Source: Desulfatiglandales bacterium
GTDB lineage: Bacteria > Desulfobacterota > DSM-4660 > Desulfatiglandales > HGW-15
Length of the DNA: 64,000 nt
Reading direction: 5' to 3'
NCBI GenBank assembly: GCA_963667015.2
Contig: CAXXJJ010000004.1
Span: 2,112,001 to 2,176,000 of the forward strand
This document shows positions 32,213 through 41,853 of this stretch, piece after piece (the first letter of the stretch is position 1; the number at the start of each line of letters is the position of its first letter). Made by a program: the position numbers and the translations under genes. The notes under the pieces were generated by a model. The model was not told where the DNA came from. It worked only from the letters and a program-made list of their open reading frames with translations, and made no database searches.

Positions 32213-33586
32213 ATGGAAAATTTTGATAATATAGACAAACATTTCAGGAATGCCCTTGTAGACGTAATTCCATGCTCCGTGTTCATGGTGGACAGGGATC
32301 ATAAGATAATTTACTGGAACAAATCTGCTGAACAGCTGACCGGTTACAGTGCCTCTGAAATAGTCGGGTCAACATGCGACAAGTTCAGGATAAATATCTG
32401 TGCATACCAGGATGTATCCATAAGAAAAACCTTCTGCCCGCTTCTTTCAGGAGGGAATGGCGGCGAGGTGGAATGCGAAATGCTTTCAAAAGACGGCCTG
32501 GTAATACCTGTAATGCGCAGGAGCAAACCCGTTTATGATGACAACGGCAATATCATAGGCGCTATAGAGGCATTGATTGATGTAAGCATGATCAAGCAGG
32601 CACGCAATGAAATCCGCGTTTTAAAACATGAGATTGCAAGGATGGGCAAATACGGAGACCTTGTCGGCCGTTCCCCCCGGATGCAGAACCTGTATGAAAT
32701 CATACAGGTTATATCTAAAAACGATGCGGGAATACTTATTGAAGGCGAGACCGGGACAGGAAAAGAACTGATCGCTAAGACCATTCATGCAGAAAGCAAC
32801 CGTGCGGATAAGATATTTCTGCCTGTAAACTGCGGCGCACTTCCCGAAACCCTCCTCGAGGCTGAACTGTTCGGCCATAAAAAGGGAGCATTTACCGGGG
32901 CAGTTGAAGACAGGGCAGGATGCTTTGAAACAGCCTCGGGCGGCACCCTGTTTCTGGATGAAATTGGAGAAATGCCCTTATCTTCCCAGGTAAAACTATT
33001 AAGGGTGCTCCAGGAAAAGGAGATAACACGTGTTGGGGAGGCTATCCCTAGACGTGTAAACTGCCGCATCATTGCGGCCTCCAACAAAAAAATATCAGAG
33101 CTTGTCAAGACAGGAAAATTCAGGGAAGACCTCTACTATCGGCTAAGAATTGTAGGTCTTACAGTACCTCCCCTCCGGGAACACAGGGATGATATCAAAG
33201 ACCTTATTACCCATTTTATCGGGCTCTTTAATAAAGAATACAATAAGAATATAGAAGGATGTTCTCCATCTGTAATGAACCTGCTCCTTGCCTATAAATG
33301 GCCGGGAAATGTAAGAGAGCTTGAACATGTCATAGAACATGCCTTTGCAGTAACTCTCGGCACCCAGAAGGTAATTACACTTTCTTCCATTCCACCCGAA
33401 TTAACCCGCGAAAGCAAACCGGTCCGCACCCCCAGGCGAAAACCGGTTCCAGCTACAGAGGAAGATGAAAAGGCCCAGGTCCTTGATGCGCTTTCTGAGG
33501 CAAACGGCAACAAGGCACAGGCTGCCAGGATTTTAGGTATTACCCGGGCAGGATTATACAAAAAAATGCGTAGACTCGGACTGTAA
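32213..33586 (+). CDS. PAS-domain sigma-54 enhancer-binding transcriptional regulator
   Basis: PAS, GETGTGKE, GAFTGA, WPGNVREL, C-terminal Fis HTH. Confidence 0.95.
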   Translation: MENFDNIDKHFRNALVDVIPCSVFMVDRDHKIIYWNKSAEQLTGYSASEIVGSTCDKFRINICAYQDVSIRKTFCPLLSGGNGGEVECEMLSKDGLVIPVMRRSKPVYDDNGNIIGAIEALIDVSMIKQARNEIRVLKHEIARMGKYGDLVGRSPRMQNLYEIIQVISKNDAGILIEGETGTGKELIAKTIHAESNRADKIFLPVNCGALPETLLEAELFGHKKGAFTGAVEDRAGCFETASGGTLFLDEIGEMPLSSQVKLLRVLQEKEITRVGEAIPRRVNCRIIAASNKKISELVKTGKFREDLYYRLRIVGLTVPPLREHRDDIKDLITHFIGLFNKEYNKNIEGCSPSVMNLLLAYKWPGNVRELEHVIEHAFAVTLGTQKVITLSSIPPELTRESKPVRTPRRKPVPATEEDEKAQVLDALSEANGNKAQAARILGITRAGLYKKMRRLGL

Positions 33587-33726
33587 ACTATTTACATTCA
33601 GTTTACGCTTACTCACTTCAGTATACGCATACCAGACACGCCTCGGTTATCACCTCCAGGCTCCCTACCACATCTATCTATTTGATTTAACTCCATTTTA
33701 CAACTTCACTCTTCTCTATCTCAAAA

Positions 33727-33743
33727 TTGGCCTATTCCTTGCT
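33727..33743 (+). promoter_or_regulatory. Sigma-54 (-24/-12) promoter of plus-strand operon
   Basis: TTGGCCTATTCCTTGCT = TGGC-N7-TTGC directly downstream of an EBP gene. Confidence 0.75.
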
Positions 33744-33858
33744 TTATCTGACTGTAAACCGGAAGAAGAAGAAGATCTGGCAGTTTACAGGTAAAGAAGG
33801 CACAAAACCGGATAAAACAGATTTTTTATCATTACTGATTTTTACCGGAGAGATACCA

Positions 33859-34194
33859 ATGAAGGAACAATTACAGCAGGACAATTATTCGGAAGATATA
33901 AAAGACAACCGGCTTAAACTGATGAATTTTTGTGCCTCCTGGAGCAGCCCCTGCTTTAACCAGTGTTCCATACTTGAGGATCTTTCAGAATTATTGCCCG
34001 GCTGCATCGATATCGTCAGGGTCAATATTGATGACCCGGATAATGACTCGGACAAATATAATGTAAATGCAGTGCCCACTTTATGCCTGGTCAGAAATGG
34101 AAAAGAAATAAAGCGTTTTATTGGTGTCCAGCAGTTGGACTCGCTTCTTGAGGTTATAAAATTTCACATGGAAAAGGAGAAATGTAATGTCTGA
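33859..34194 (+). CDS. Thioredoxin-like protein (WSSPC variant)
   Basis: NFCASWSSPC, VNID, YNVNAVPT; GGAG RBS before ATG 33859. Confidence 0.8.
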   Translation: MKEQLQQDNYSEDIKDNRLKLMNFCASWSSPCFNQCSILEDLSELLPGCIDIVRVNIDDPDNDSDKYNVNAVPTLCLVRNGKEIKRFIGVQQLDSLLEVIKFHMEKEKCNV

Positions 34195-34690
34195 AAAAAC
34201 ATCAAATCAATCCGGGAACAAAAAATGGATATACATTAATGCAGGCATGGTCATAGGGGCTATTTTCTGCGGTATACTTATTATTTCAATAATGCCGTCA
34301 ATGATGATCATTACAAAAGAATCGAAACTCGGCTTTGATGACACTGTAGCTACGGTACAGCAAAGAATCAAGGAACAGGGATGGTCCGTAAAGGGCGTCA
34401 GTGATGTAAAAGATGAAATAAATAAGGCAGGCTATGAGTTTCAGCCTAGGGTAAAAATCATAAAACTGTGCAAGGCTGAATATGCGAAAGAGGTACTTAC
34501 TACTGACCGATTTGTATCATGCCTCATGCCCTGCAGCATTTCTGTATGGGAAGGTGATGACGGCAGGGTTTATCTATCTGAAATGAACATGGCCCTTATG
34601 GCTAAGCTGTTTGGTGGCAATATCAGCAAGGTCATGGGCGGTAAAGTTGTCCAGGACGAAGAAAAGATGCTTGAGGGATTTCTATTATAG
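34187..34690 (+). CDS. DUF302 domain protein with N-terminal TM
   Basis: GW..., KLCK, CLMPCSISVWE pattern. Confidence 0.8.
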   Translation: MSEKTSNQSGNKKWIYINAGMVIGAIFCGILIISIMPSMMIITKESKLGFDDTVATVQQRIKEQGWSVKGVSDVKDEINKAGYEFQPRVKIIKLCKAEYAKEVLTTDRFVSCLMPCSISVWEGDDGRVYLSEMNMALMAKLFGGNISKVMGGKVVQDEEKMLEGFLL

Positions 34691-34717
34691 GATTGAATAC
34701 TTAAAGGAGATAATACA

Positions 34718-37591
34718 ATGAATATCAGGGAAAAAATCGCAGAGTTTTCCATAAAAAAATATAAACTGGTAACAATAGTCATGGTGCTGTTGACATCAGT
34801 TATTATCCTTTGGGCAGCTCTCCCCTCTATCTTTCCGGGAACATTCCCCTATCTGAATTCACTGAGGGTTGATACCGACCCTGAAAACATGCTCCCAGCA
34901 GATGAGCCTGTAAGGTTGTTCCATGACAACATGAAAAAGGAACTGCAGCTCTATGACATGGTAGTTGTAGGTGTTGTAAATGAAATACATCCTGACGGTG
35001 TATTCAATCCTGAAACACTGAAAAATATATACGAGCTTGCAAATTTTGCAAAGACGCTTCACTGGACAGAAAACGGAGAAGAAAAGGGCGTGGTTGAGGT
35101 TGACCTTATTGCCCCGTCAACCGTGGATAACATCGAACAGGGAGGGCTGGGGACTGTAAAATTCGAGTGGTTGATGCCGAAGCCTCCCCAGACCAGGGAA
35201 GAGGCAATTGCTGTTCGTGAAAAGGCAAAAAGAATACCCTTTTTAAACGGCACGCTCGTATCCGAAGACGGCAAGGCCCTTGCTATTTATATCCCCCTTA
35301 CACACAAAGACTTAAGCTACAGGGTATACTCTGCACTTCAGCAGAAGGTCGCACAATTTGAAGGGGATGATGAATACCATATAACCGGTCTCCCTGTGGC
35401 CGAAGACACCTTCGGGGTTGAGATGTTTATACAGATGGCAGTATCGGCCCCGGCAGCAATGGTTGTGATTTTCATACTCATGCTGGTATTTTTCCGAAAG
35501 CTCGTTCTTATTATATCTCCTATGATAGTAGCAGTGGTGTCGGTTGTCCTGACAATGGGGGCCTTGATAATAGCAGGATTTCCGGTCCATATAATGAGCA
35601 GCATGATACCCATATTTATAATGCCCATTGCGGTCCTGGATTCTATACACATTATCAGTGAATTCTTTGAGCTCTACCAGCAGACAAAGAGCAGGAGCCA
35701 GACGATGATAAAAGTCATGGACGAGTTATTCACTCCCATGCTCTATACATCTCTTACTTCCGCAGCAGGCTTTGCCTCTCTGGCACTTACTCCGATACCT
35801 CCGGTACAGGTATTCGGTATCTATGTTGCCCTGGGGATAATGATTGCATGGGTACTGACCATTATATTTATCCCCGCCTATGTAATGTTTCTTAAACCGG
35901 AAACACTTGATAAATTTGGTGCAGTTCATTCAGCTGACAAGTGCGACGCAGTGACCCGTACAGGCCGTGCACTGATATCAATTTGCAGATTTACCTATAA
36001 ACGCGCAAAATTAATACTCACCTTTTCGGTTCTGCTTGTAATCCTTTCCATCTACGGGATGAGCCTGATAACCATCAATGACAACCCGGTAAAATGGTTC
36101 AATTCCTCTCATCCCATCAGGGTAGCTGACAGGGTACTGAACAAGCATTTCGGGGGTACATACATGGCATACCTTGCCCTTTCAGCTGAAGATGAAAAAT
36201 ATGATGCGGATAGTTTCATACAGGGTTTTAAGACCAGGTCAGAAAACAGAATGGAAGAACTTGATTTCCCTGAAGCAACGAGGGTTTTCACAGAGGTAAT
36301 TAACACCATTTCAGAGACCGCGGAAGCCTCAACGAACAGCAGGGAAGTATATGAGAATATCACGGATATAATAAATGAAAATCTGGACAGTTCAAGCGGT
36401 GATGAGGCAGATGCATGGGATGAAGCCTCCCTTTTTGTTGCAGAGGAAAGACAGAGAGACCAGGTATTCAAGGACCCTTCGGTTTTAAATTATATTTCCA
36501 GCCTTCAGAATGCCCTGCTCGATACCCATGTAGTTGGCAAATCCAATTCACTTGCTGACATTATAAAAACCGTGCACAGGGAACTTTTTGAGGGTAAAGA
36601 GGATCACTATAATATTCCTGCCAGCTCAAAGGCTGTTGCCCAGTGCATGATAAGCTATCAGTCCAGCCACCGCCCCGGTGACCTGTGGCACTTTGTCACT
36701 CCTGACTACCGGAAAAGCAGTATATGGGTACAGCTGAAAAGCGGTGACAACAAGGATATGTCCGCTGTAGTCGATAAAATCAATGAATATATATCTGACA
36801 ATCCTCCGCCTGTATCACTTAAGATTGACTGGTTCGGCCTTACATACATTAATGTCGTGTGGCAGAAGAAGATGGTCACCGGAATGATGGAGGCATTTGC
36901 AGGGAGTTTCCTTGTTGTATTCCTTATGATGACAGTACTTTTCCGCTCTGCTCTGTGGGGAATACTCTCCATGATACCGCTTACAATAACAATAGGGGCG
37001 ATCTACGGCGCAATAGGAATAATAGGGAAAGACTATGACATGCCTGTCGCGGTATTAAGCTCAATGACACTGGGGCTTGCGATAGATTTTGCCATACATT
37101 TCCTGGCGAGAAGCCGGCAGATGTACCCTTCCTACGGATCATGGGCAGAGACATCAACTGCAATATTTGCAGAACCCGCCAGGGCAATAATGAGAAATAT
37201 CATCGTAATAGCGGTTGGTTTTCTGCCTCTTCTGCTGGCCCCCCTTACACCCTATAAGACAGTTGGCGCACTCCTTGCCGCCATTCTCCTGGTTTCAGGT
37301 GCCGGGACACTGCTGCTTCTTCCTGCCCTTATGAAGGTACTGGAGAAGCCCCTTTTTAAAAGCAGGCGTGTTGCTGGACAATGCTGCAATTGTATAGCCT
37401 GCATTGTATCATCGATTGCGCTGGTATTACTGATAGCTCTGACCCTTGTATCATTTACCGGTGTTTCCTGGTCAACCCTGACATGGTTTGCGGTTATAGC
37501 AATACCTGTTATGGCTCTTTTATGCGGTTTAATGTCAAGGCGTGAAAAATGTAAAATACAAATTGAACAGGAGGTTGTTAAAAATGACTGA
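34718..37591 (+). CDS. MMPL/RND family transporter
   Basis: Two TM repeats with periplasmic loops; AVLDSIH, GLAIDFAIH. Confidence 0.9.
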   Translation: MNIREKIAEFSIKKYKLVTIVMVLLTSVIILWAALPSIFPGTFPYLNSLRVDTDPENMLPADEPVRLFHDNMKKELQLYDMVVVGVVNEIHPDGVFNPETLKNIYELANFAKTLHWTENGEEKGVVEVDLIAPSTVDNIEQGGLGTVKFEWLMPKPPQTREEAIAVREKAKRIPFLNGTLVSEDGKALAIYIPLTHKDLSYRVYSALQQKVAQFEGDDEYHITGLPVAEDTFGVEMFIQMAVSAPAAMVVIFILMLVFFRKLVLIISPMIVAVVSVVLTMGALIIAGFPVHIMSSMIPIFIMPIAVLDSIHIISEFFELYQQTKSRSQTMIKVMDELFTPMLYTSLTSAAGFASLALTPIPPVQVFGIYVALGIMIAWVLTIIFIPAYVMFLKPETLDKFGAVHSADKCDAVTRTGRALISICRFTYKRAKLILTFSVLLVILSIYGMSLITINDNPVKWFNSSHPIRVADRVLNKHFGGTYMAYLALSAEDEKYDADSFIQGFKTRSENRMEELDFPEATRVFTEVINTISETAEASTNSREVYENITDIINENLDSSSGDEADAWDEASLFVAEERQRDQVFKDPSVLNYISSLQNALLDTHVVGKSNSLADIIKTVHRELFEGKEDHYNIPASSKAVAQCMISYQSSHRPGDLWHFVTPDYRKSSIWVQLKSGDNKDMSAVVDKINEYISDNPPPVSLKIDWFGLTYINVVWQKKMVTGMMEAFAGSFLVVFLMMTVLFRSALWGILSMIPLTITIGAIYGAIGIIGKDYDMPVAVLSSMTLGLAIDFAIHFLARSRQMYPSYGSWAETSTAIFAEPARAIMRNIIVIAVGFLPLLLAPLTPYKTVGALLAAILLVSGAGTLLLLPALMKVLEKPLFKSRRVAGQCCNCIACIVSSIALVLLIALTLVSFTGVSWSTLTWFAVIAIPVMALLCGLMSRREKCKIQIEQEVVKND

Positions 37592-38432
37592 TAATAAATT
37601 TAAGAAATCTGCAATTCTTATTGTGGTTATGGTTTTAGGCTTTCTTCCTTCAGGCGCTGCTTCATATGCCGCCGAGGGAGATATCACTGATGTTGCACAG
37701 ATAGTTAACCGCGCAAATGTTGTTGCATATTATCAGGGCGCTGACGGCAAGGCAAAGGTCAGTATGACAATATATGACAACCAGGGCAGAACGCGTGAAC
37801 GCAGGCTTACTATTCTTCGCTGGGATGAACCTGCCCCTGATGGAAAGGCCGGTGATGAATACTGCGGTGCCCAAAAGATATATGCCTACTTTGACAGGCC
37901 AGCGGATGTGAACAAAACAGTTTTTCTGGTATGGAAAAACATGGACAGGGATGATGACCGATGGATGTACCTCCCTGCGCTGGATCTTGTAAAAAGGATA
38001 TCCTCAACCGATAAAAGGACAAGCTTTGTGGGTTCTAACTTTTTCTATGAAGATGTATCCGGTCGAAATATAAATGATGACACTCACGAGCTTATAAAGA
38101 CTACCGATGATTACTATGTTCTGAAAAATACGCCAAAGGACCCGGACCTTGTCGAGTTTGCATATTATGAGATGTGGATACACAAGAAGAGTTTCATAGT
38201 TGTTAAGACAGACTACTATGACAGGGAAAACAAAAAATACCGCACCTATGAGGCACAGGCGGTTGACGATATTCAGGGATTTCCTACTGTGACAAAATCA
38301 AAAATGACTGACTTGAGGACAAACGGTTATACGGTACTCGAATACTCGGATGTTCAATACAACATTGGCGTATCCGAGGATATCTTTACAGAAAGATATT
38401 TAAGAAGACCTCCGAGGAAATATTTAAAATGA
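37584..38432 (+). CDS. Outer membrane lipoprotein-sorting (LolA-like) protein
   Basis: Signal peptide; DDDRWMYLPAL..VKRI, FVGSNFFYED, FTERYL. Confidence 0.85.
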   Translation: MTDNKFKKSAILIVVMVLGFLPSGAASYAAEGDITDVAQIVNRANVVAYYQGADGKAKVSMTIYDNQGRTRERRLTILRWDEPAPDGKAGDEYCGAQKIYAYFDRPADVNKTVFLVWKNMDRDDDRWMYLPALDLVKRISSTDKRTSFVGSNFFYEDVSGRNINDDTHELIKTTDDYYVLKNTPKDPDLVEFAYYEMWIHKKSFIVVKTDYYDRENKKYRTYEAQAVDDIQGFPTVTKSKMTDLRTNGYTVLEYSDVQYNIGVSEDIFTERYLRRPPRKYLK

Positions 38433-39982
38433 TAAGAACTGACACATTAGTGAAAAGCCTTTTTCTGTCTCTCTTATTCAGCACACTCCTGATAATACTG
38501 TTCACTAAAAACCTGTACGCTGATGAAGGCCCTGCTTTGCCGAAGGGTTTAAGTGGAGTCTCAGAGCAAACAAGCGATGATACCCCTCCCGGACTCCCTG
38601 CAGGCCTGGGAGGAGACTCATACACAGATAACATTAAGGATCAACCGGAAACACCTCCTGGACCCGGATCATCTAATCCCTCTGAAACCAATGATGATCC
38701 GGGTCCAAACCTGCCGAAAGGGTTGTTTTCAGGAAACAGTAGAGAGAAAGAAGAAGCCAGCACAAATAAAACAATAACCTTTCCATTTACAGGCTTTATA
38801 GAAATGCGCGGCGGAATGCGGCTCTATGATGACACCTATGAAAAGGATACCTCTGTTGGAGAGGTAAGACTGCAGCTTGAAACTGAAAAACAACTGGGTA
38901 AATTCCTGATTCGTAACACGACAGATATTTACTATGATGCAGTCCCTGAGGATCATCCCATCGACCTGGAAACGGGTGAAGGTTTCATTGATTTAAGGGA
39001 ATTGAGCGTTTCTTTCTCCGCATTTGATTTTATGGACATAAAGGCAGGCCGCCAGATCCTGACATGGGGGACAGGTGATCTTGTATTTATTAATGACCTT
39101 TTCCCCAAGGACTGGCAGTCTTTTCTTATAGGCCGGGACACGGAATATTTAAAGGCTTCTTCTGATGCACTTAAGGCCAGTATTTTTACTGACATCGTAA
39201 ACATCGATATTGTCTACACACCAAAATTTGACAGTGACAGGTTTATCTCCGGTGAACGTTTATCCTACTGGAACGGGTCCTTTACAGCAGGGAGAGACAG
39301 CATTGCCCGGGCAGACAGGCCGGGCGACTGGTTTGACAATGATGAATGGGCAATAAGATTTTCAAAAAATATCAACGGCAATGAGTTTGCCCTGTACGGC
39401 TACAAGGGGTACTGGAAAAGCCCGGGCGGAATAGACTCATCAACCTTCAGGTATATCTTTCCCCGACTGAATGTATATGGAGCAAGCTATCGCGGCCAGA
39501 CAGGAAAGGGAATAGGCAATATAGAGGCAGGATATTATGACTCAAGGGATGACAGCAGCGGGAATAATCCCTTTATCAACAACAGCCAGATCCGTTTTCT
39601 TGTTGGATATGAGCAGGATCTGCCGTGGCTTACATCTGATCTCACCGCAGGTTTTCAGTATTACCTGGAGCACATGGTGGATTATAACGAATATCTGAGC
39701 ACGCTGCCTTCTGGTTCTCCGGCAGCGGATAAAAACCGCCATCTGCTTACGCTTAGAATTACCAAGCTGTTATTGAATCAGAACCTGACATGTTCTCTGT
39801 TTACCTATTATTCACCCTCTGACCATGATTTTTATATTAGGCCCAATGTAAATTACAAATTTACGGATAACCTGGAAGGAGAAATGGGCGCGAATATTTT
39901 TGGAGGAGATTATCCGCATACCTTTTTCGGGCAGTTTCATGACAACACAAACGTGTTTATGGCTATCCGATATAATTTTTAA
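38429..39982 (+). CDS. Probable outer-membrane beta-barrel protein with Pro-rich N-terminal linker
   Basis: Signal peptide, AGRQILTWG, C-terminal ..IRYNF. Confidence 0.7.
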   Translation: MIRTDTLVKSLFLSLLFSTLLIILFTKNLYADEGPALPKGLSGVSEQTSDDTPPGLPAGLGGDSYTDNIKDQPETPPGPGSSNPSETNDDPGPNLPKGLFSGNSREKEEASTNKTITFPFTGFIEMRGGMRLYDDTYEKDTSVGEVRLQLETEKQLGKFLIRNTTDIYYDAVPEDHPIDLETGEGFIDLRELSVSFSAFDFMDIKAGRQILTWGTGDLVFINDLFPKDWQSFLIGRDTEYLKASSDALKASIFTDIVNIDIVYTPKFDSDRFISGERLSYWNGSFTAGRDSIARADRPGDWFDNDEWAIRFSKNINGNEFALYGYKGYWKSPGGIDSSTFRYIFPRLNVYGASYRGQTGKGIGNIEAGYYDSRDDSSGNNPFINNSQIRFLVGYEQDLPWLTSDLTAGFQYYLEHMVDYNEYLSTLPSGSPAADKNRHLLTLRITKLLLNQNLTCSLFTYYSPSDHDFYIRPNVNYKFTDNLEGEMGANIFGGDYPHTFFGQFHDNTNVFMAIRYNF

Positions 39983-39996
39983 AAGGAGCTTTTTAT

Positions 39997-40716
39997 ATGC
40001 ATGCAACAATACAAAAACCGATTAACGAAATTTTAAGTCATATACAGGAAGGAGAAAAGGTCTTCGTTGTAGGCTGCAACAACTGTGCATGGAAATGCCA
40101 TTCAGGTGGTGAAGAAGAAACGAAAGCCATGGCAGAACGCCTTGAAAAAAGAGGTATCGATGTCGTGGGATATACAGTACCCGGGCCCCAGGGCATGTCT
40201 CTTTGCAAGCTGGACCATACCCGCAAGGTATTGAATGAAGACTTCGGCGATCAGGTAAAAGAGGCTGATTCCTTCCTGGTCCTCGGATGCGGACAGGGTG
40301 TACACACTGTCATTGACGCTACAGACGGAGGGATGGTTCACCCCGGTTGTGATACTATTTTCGGCGGAGAAACTGTGTCAGACAACAATATCAATGAATA
40401 CTGTTCATTGTGCGGAGAATGCATCATTGACTCCACCGGTGGACTGTGCCCCATGACCCTCTGTGCGAAAAGCCTGCTTAACGGCCCATGCGGTGGTGCT
40501 GAAAACGGCAAATGCGAAGTTGACAGCGAAAGAGACTGCGGCTGGATACTTATTTATGAAAGGCTCAAAAAACTTGGCCGCGAAAACATATTAAAGGAAT
40601 ATCAACAGCCTAAAAATCATGCAAAATGGAGCCGCCCGAGGCGTTTACAGGTAAGCATTCATGAGGCTACTTTTATTTCTCAGGATGGCGCGGTAATCGT
40701 CAGCAACATGGATTAG
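39997..40716 (+). CDS. metV: MetV-like methylene-THF reductase Fe-S subunit
   Basis: GCNNCA..C, CSLCGEC, CAKSLLNGPCGG, CGWILIYERL. Confidence 0.85.
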   Translation: MHATIQKPINEILSHIQEGEKVFVVGCNNCAWKCHSGGEEETKAMAERLEKRGIDVVGYTVPGPQGMSLCKLDHTRKVLNEDFGDQVKEADSFLVLGCGQGVHTVIDATDGGMVHPGCDTIFGGETVSDNNINEYCSLCGECIIDSTGGLCPMTLCAKSLLNGPCGGAENGKCEVDSERDCGWILIYERLKKLGRENILKEYQQPKNHAKWSRPRRLQVSIHEATFISQDGAVIVSNMD

Positions 40717-40740
40717 TAATATAGAATTGGAGAATCGACA

Positions 40741-41667
40741 ATGAAATTAAAAGAATTATTTGATAAAGGCGAATTTGTTATTACCGGTGAAGTAGGCCCT
40801 GTAAAAGGAGCAATACTGAGAGATGAAAGTTATGTTCCCCCCTGCGCAAAAGAGGCGGAAGATCTGCGTGGTTATGTTAATGCCATAAATGTAACAGACA
40901 ATCAGAGTGCAGTAATGAGGCTTGGCTCCCTGGCTGCATGTGTCAGGCTTAAAAAAAACGGTCTGGAACCGATTTACCAGATCACCTGCAGGGACAGAAA
41001 CAGGCTTGCACTCCAGTCTGAAATTCTTACTGCATATTCACTTGGCGTTGACAATATGCTTATGCTGACAGGAGATCATACCAATCTTGGAGATCACAAG
41101 GAAGCCAAACCAGTATTTGATCTTGATTCCGTGCAGCTTATTAAAATGGCAGCAGGCCTTCAGGCAGGAAAAGACATGGTAGGCAATGATCTGTTAAATT
41201 CCCCTGACATTTATATAGGTGCGGTGGTTAATCCCAATTTTGAACCCCTCGATCTTCAGTTGATAAAAATGGAAAAAAAGATCGAGGCGGGAGCGCAATT
41301 CTTCCAGACACAGGCTGTCTATGATCCTGACGTTTTTGAGAAGTTTGTTCGCAAGACAGAAGGTTTTGGGGTACCTATTCAATATGGTCACGTTATACTG
41401 AAATCGCCTGCAATGGCCAAATATATGAACAAAAACGTTTCAGGAATTAAGGTACCGCAATCCCTGATCGATGAAATTAGCTCGGTTCCATCCGAACAGC
41501 GGAAACAGAAGGCTGTTGAAATGTCCGCACGACTGATAAAAGAAATTGCTCCAATGGTCCAGGGAATTCATTTTATGCCCCTTGGCTGGTCAGACATAGT
41601 ACCGGAAATAATCAAAGAAATGAAGTTTCCAGCAGCAGACAGCGGAGTATCCGGTAACATTGCATAG
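40741..41667 (+). CDS. metF: Methylenetetrahydrofolate reductase (MetF-like)
   Basis: NVTDN, CRDRNRLALQS, TGDH, KKIEAGAQFFQTQ. Confidence 0.88.
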   Translation: MKLKELFDKGEFVITGEVGPVKGAILRDESYVPPCAKEAEDLRGYVNAINVTDNQSAVMRLGSLAACVRLKKNGLEPIYQITCRDRNRLALQSEILTAYSLGVDNMLMLTGDHTNLGDHKEAKPVFDLDSVQLIKMAAGLQAGKDMVGNDLLNSPDIYIGAVVNPNFEPLDLQLIKMEKKIEAGAQFFQTQAVYDPDVFEKFVRKTEGFGVPIQYGHVILKSPAMAKYMNKNVSGIKVPQSLIDEISSVPSEQRKQKAVEMSARLIKEIAPMVQGIHFMPLGWSDIVPEIIKEMKFPAADSGVSGNIA

Positions 41668-41853
41668 TGTCGTGTCATTCTTCAACTGTCAGTTATAACC
41701 TGCGAGGGCGCTACGCATCGTGCCCTTATGTGGAGGCAGGCCGAAATTACAAACAGGCCCCGATAATTTTTGAAGTGACGCTAGTTGGGTCCCTTTCATC
41801 CCGTATAGTACCTGTTGCCATACAGGATGTTACATCAGATAAGGATCAATAAC

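Noticed and set aside
41665..41852. 61-aa ORF or riboswitch between metF and the RACo gene
   Set aside because: Looks like a degenerate REP/MITE-like palindrome (AGGGCGC...GTGCCCT); no cobalamin or SAM riboswitch consensus recognised.
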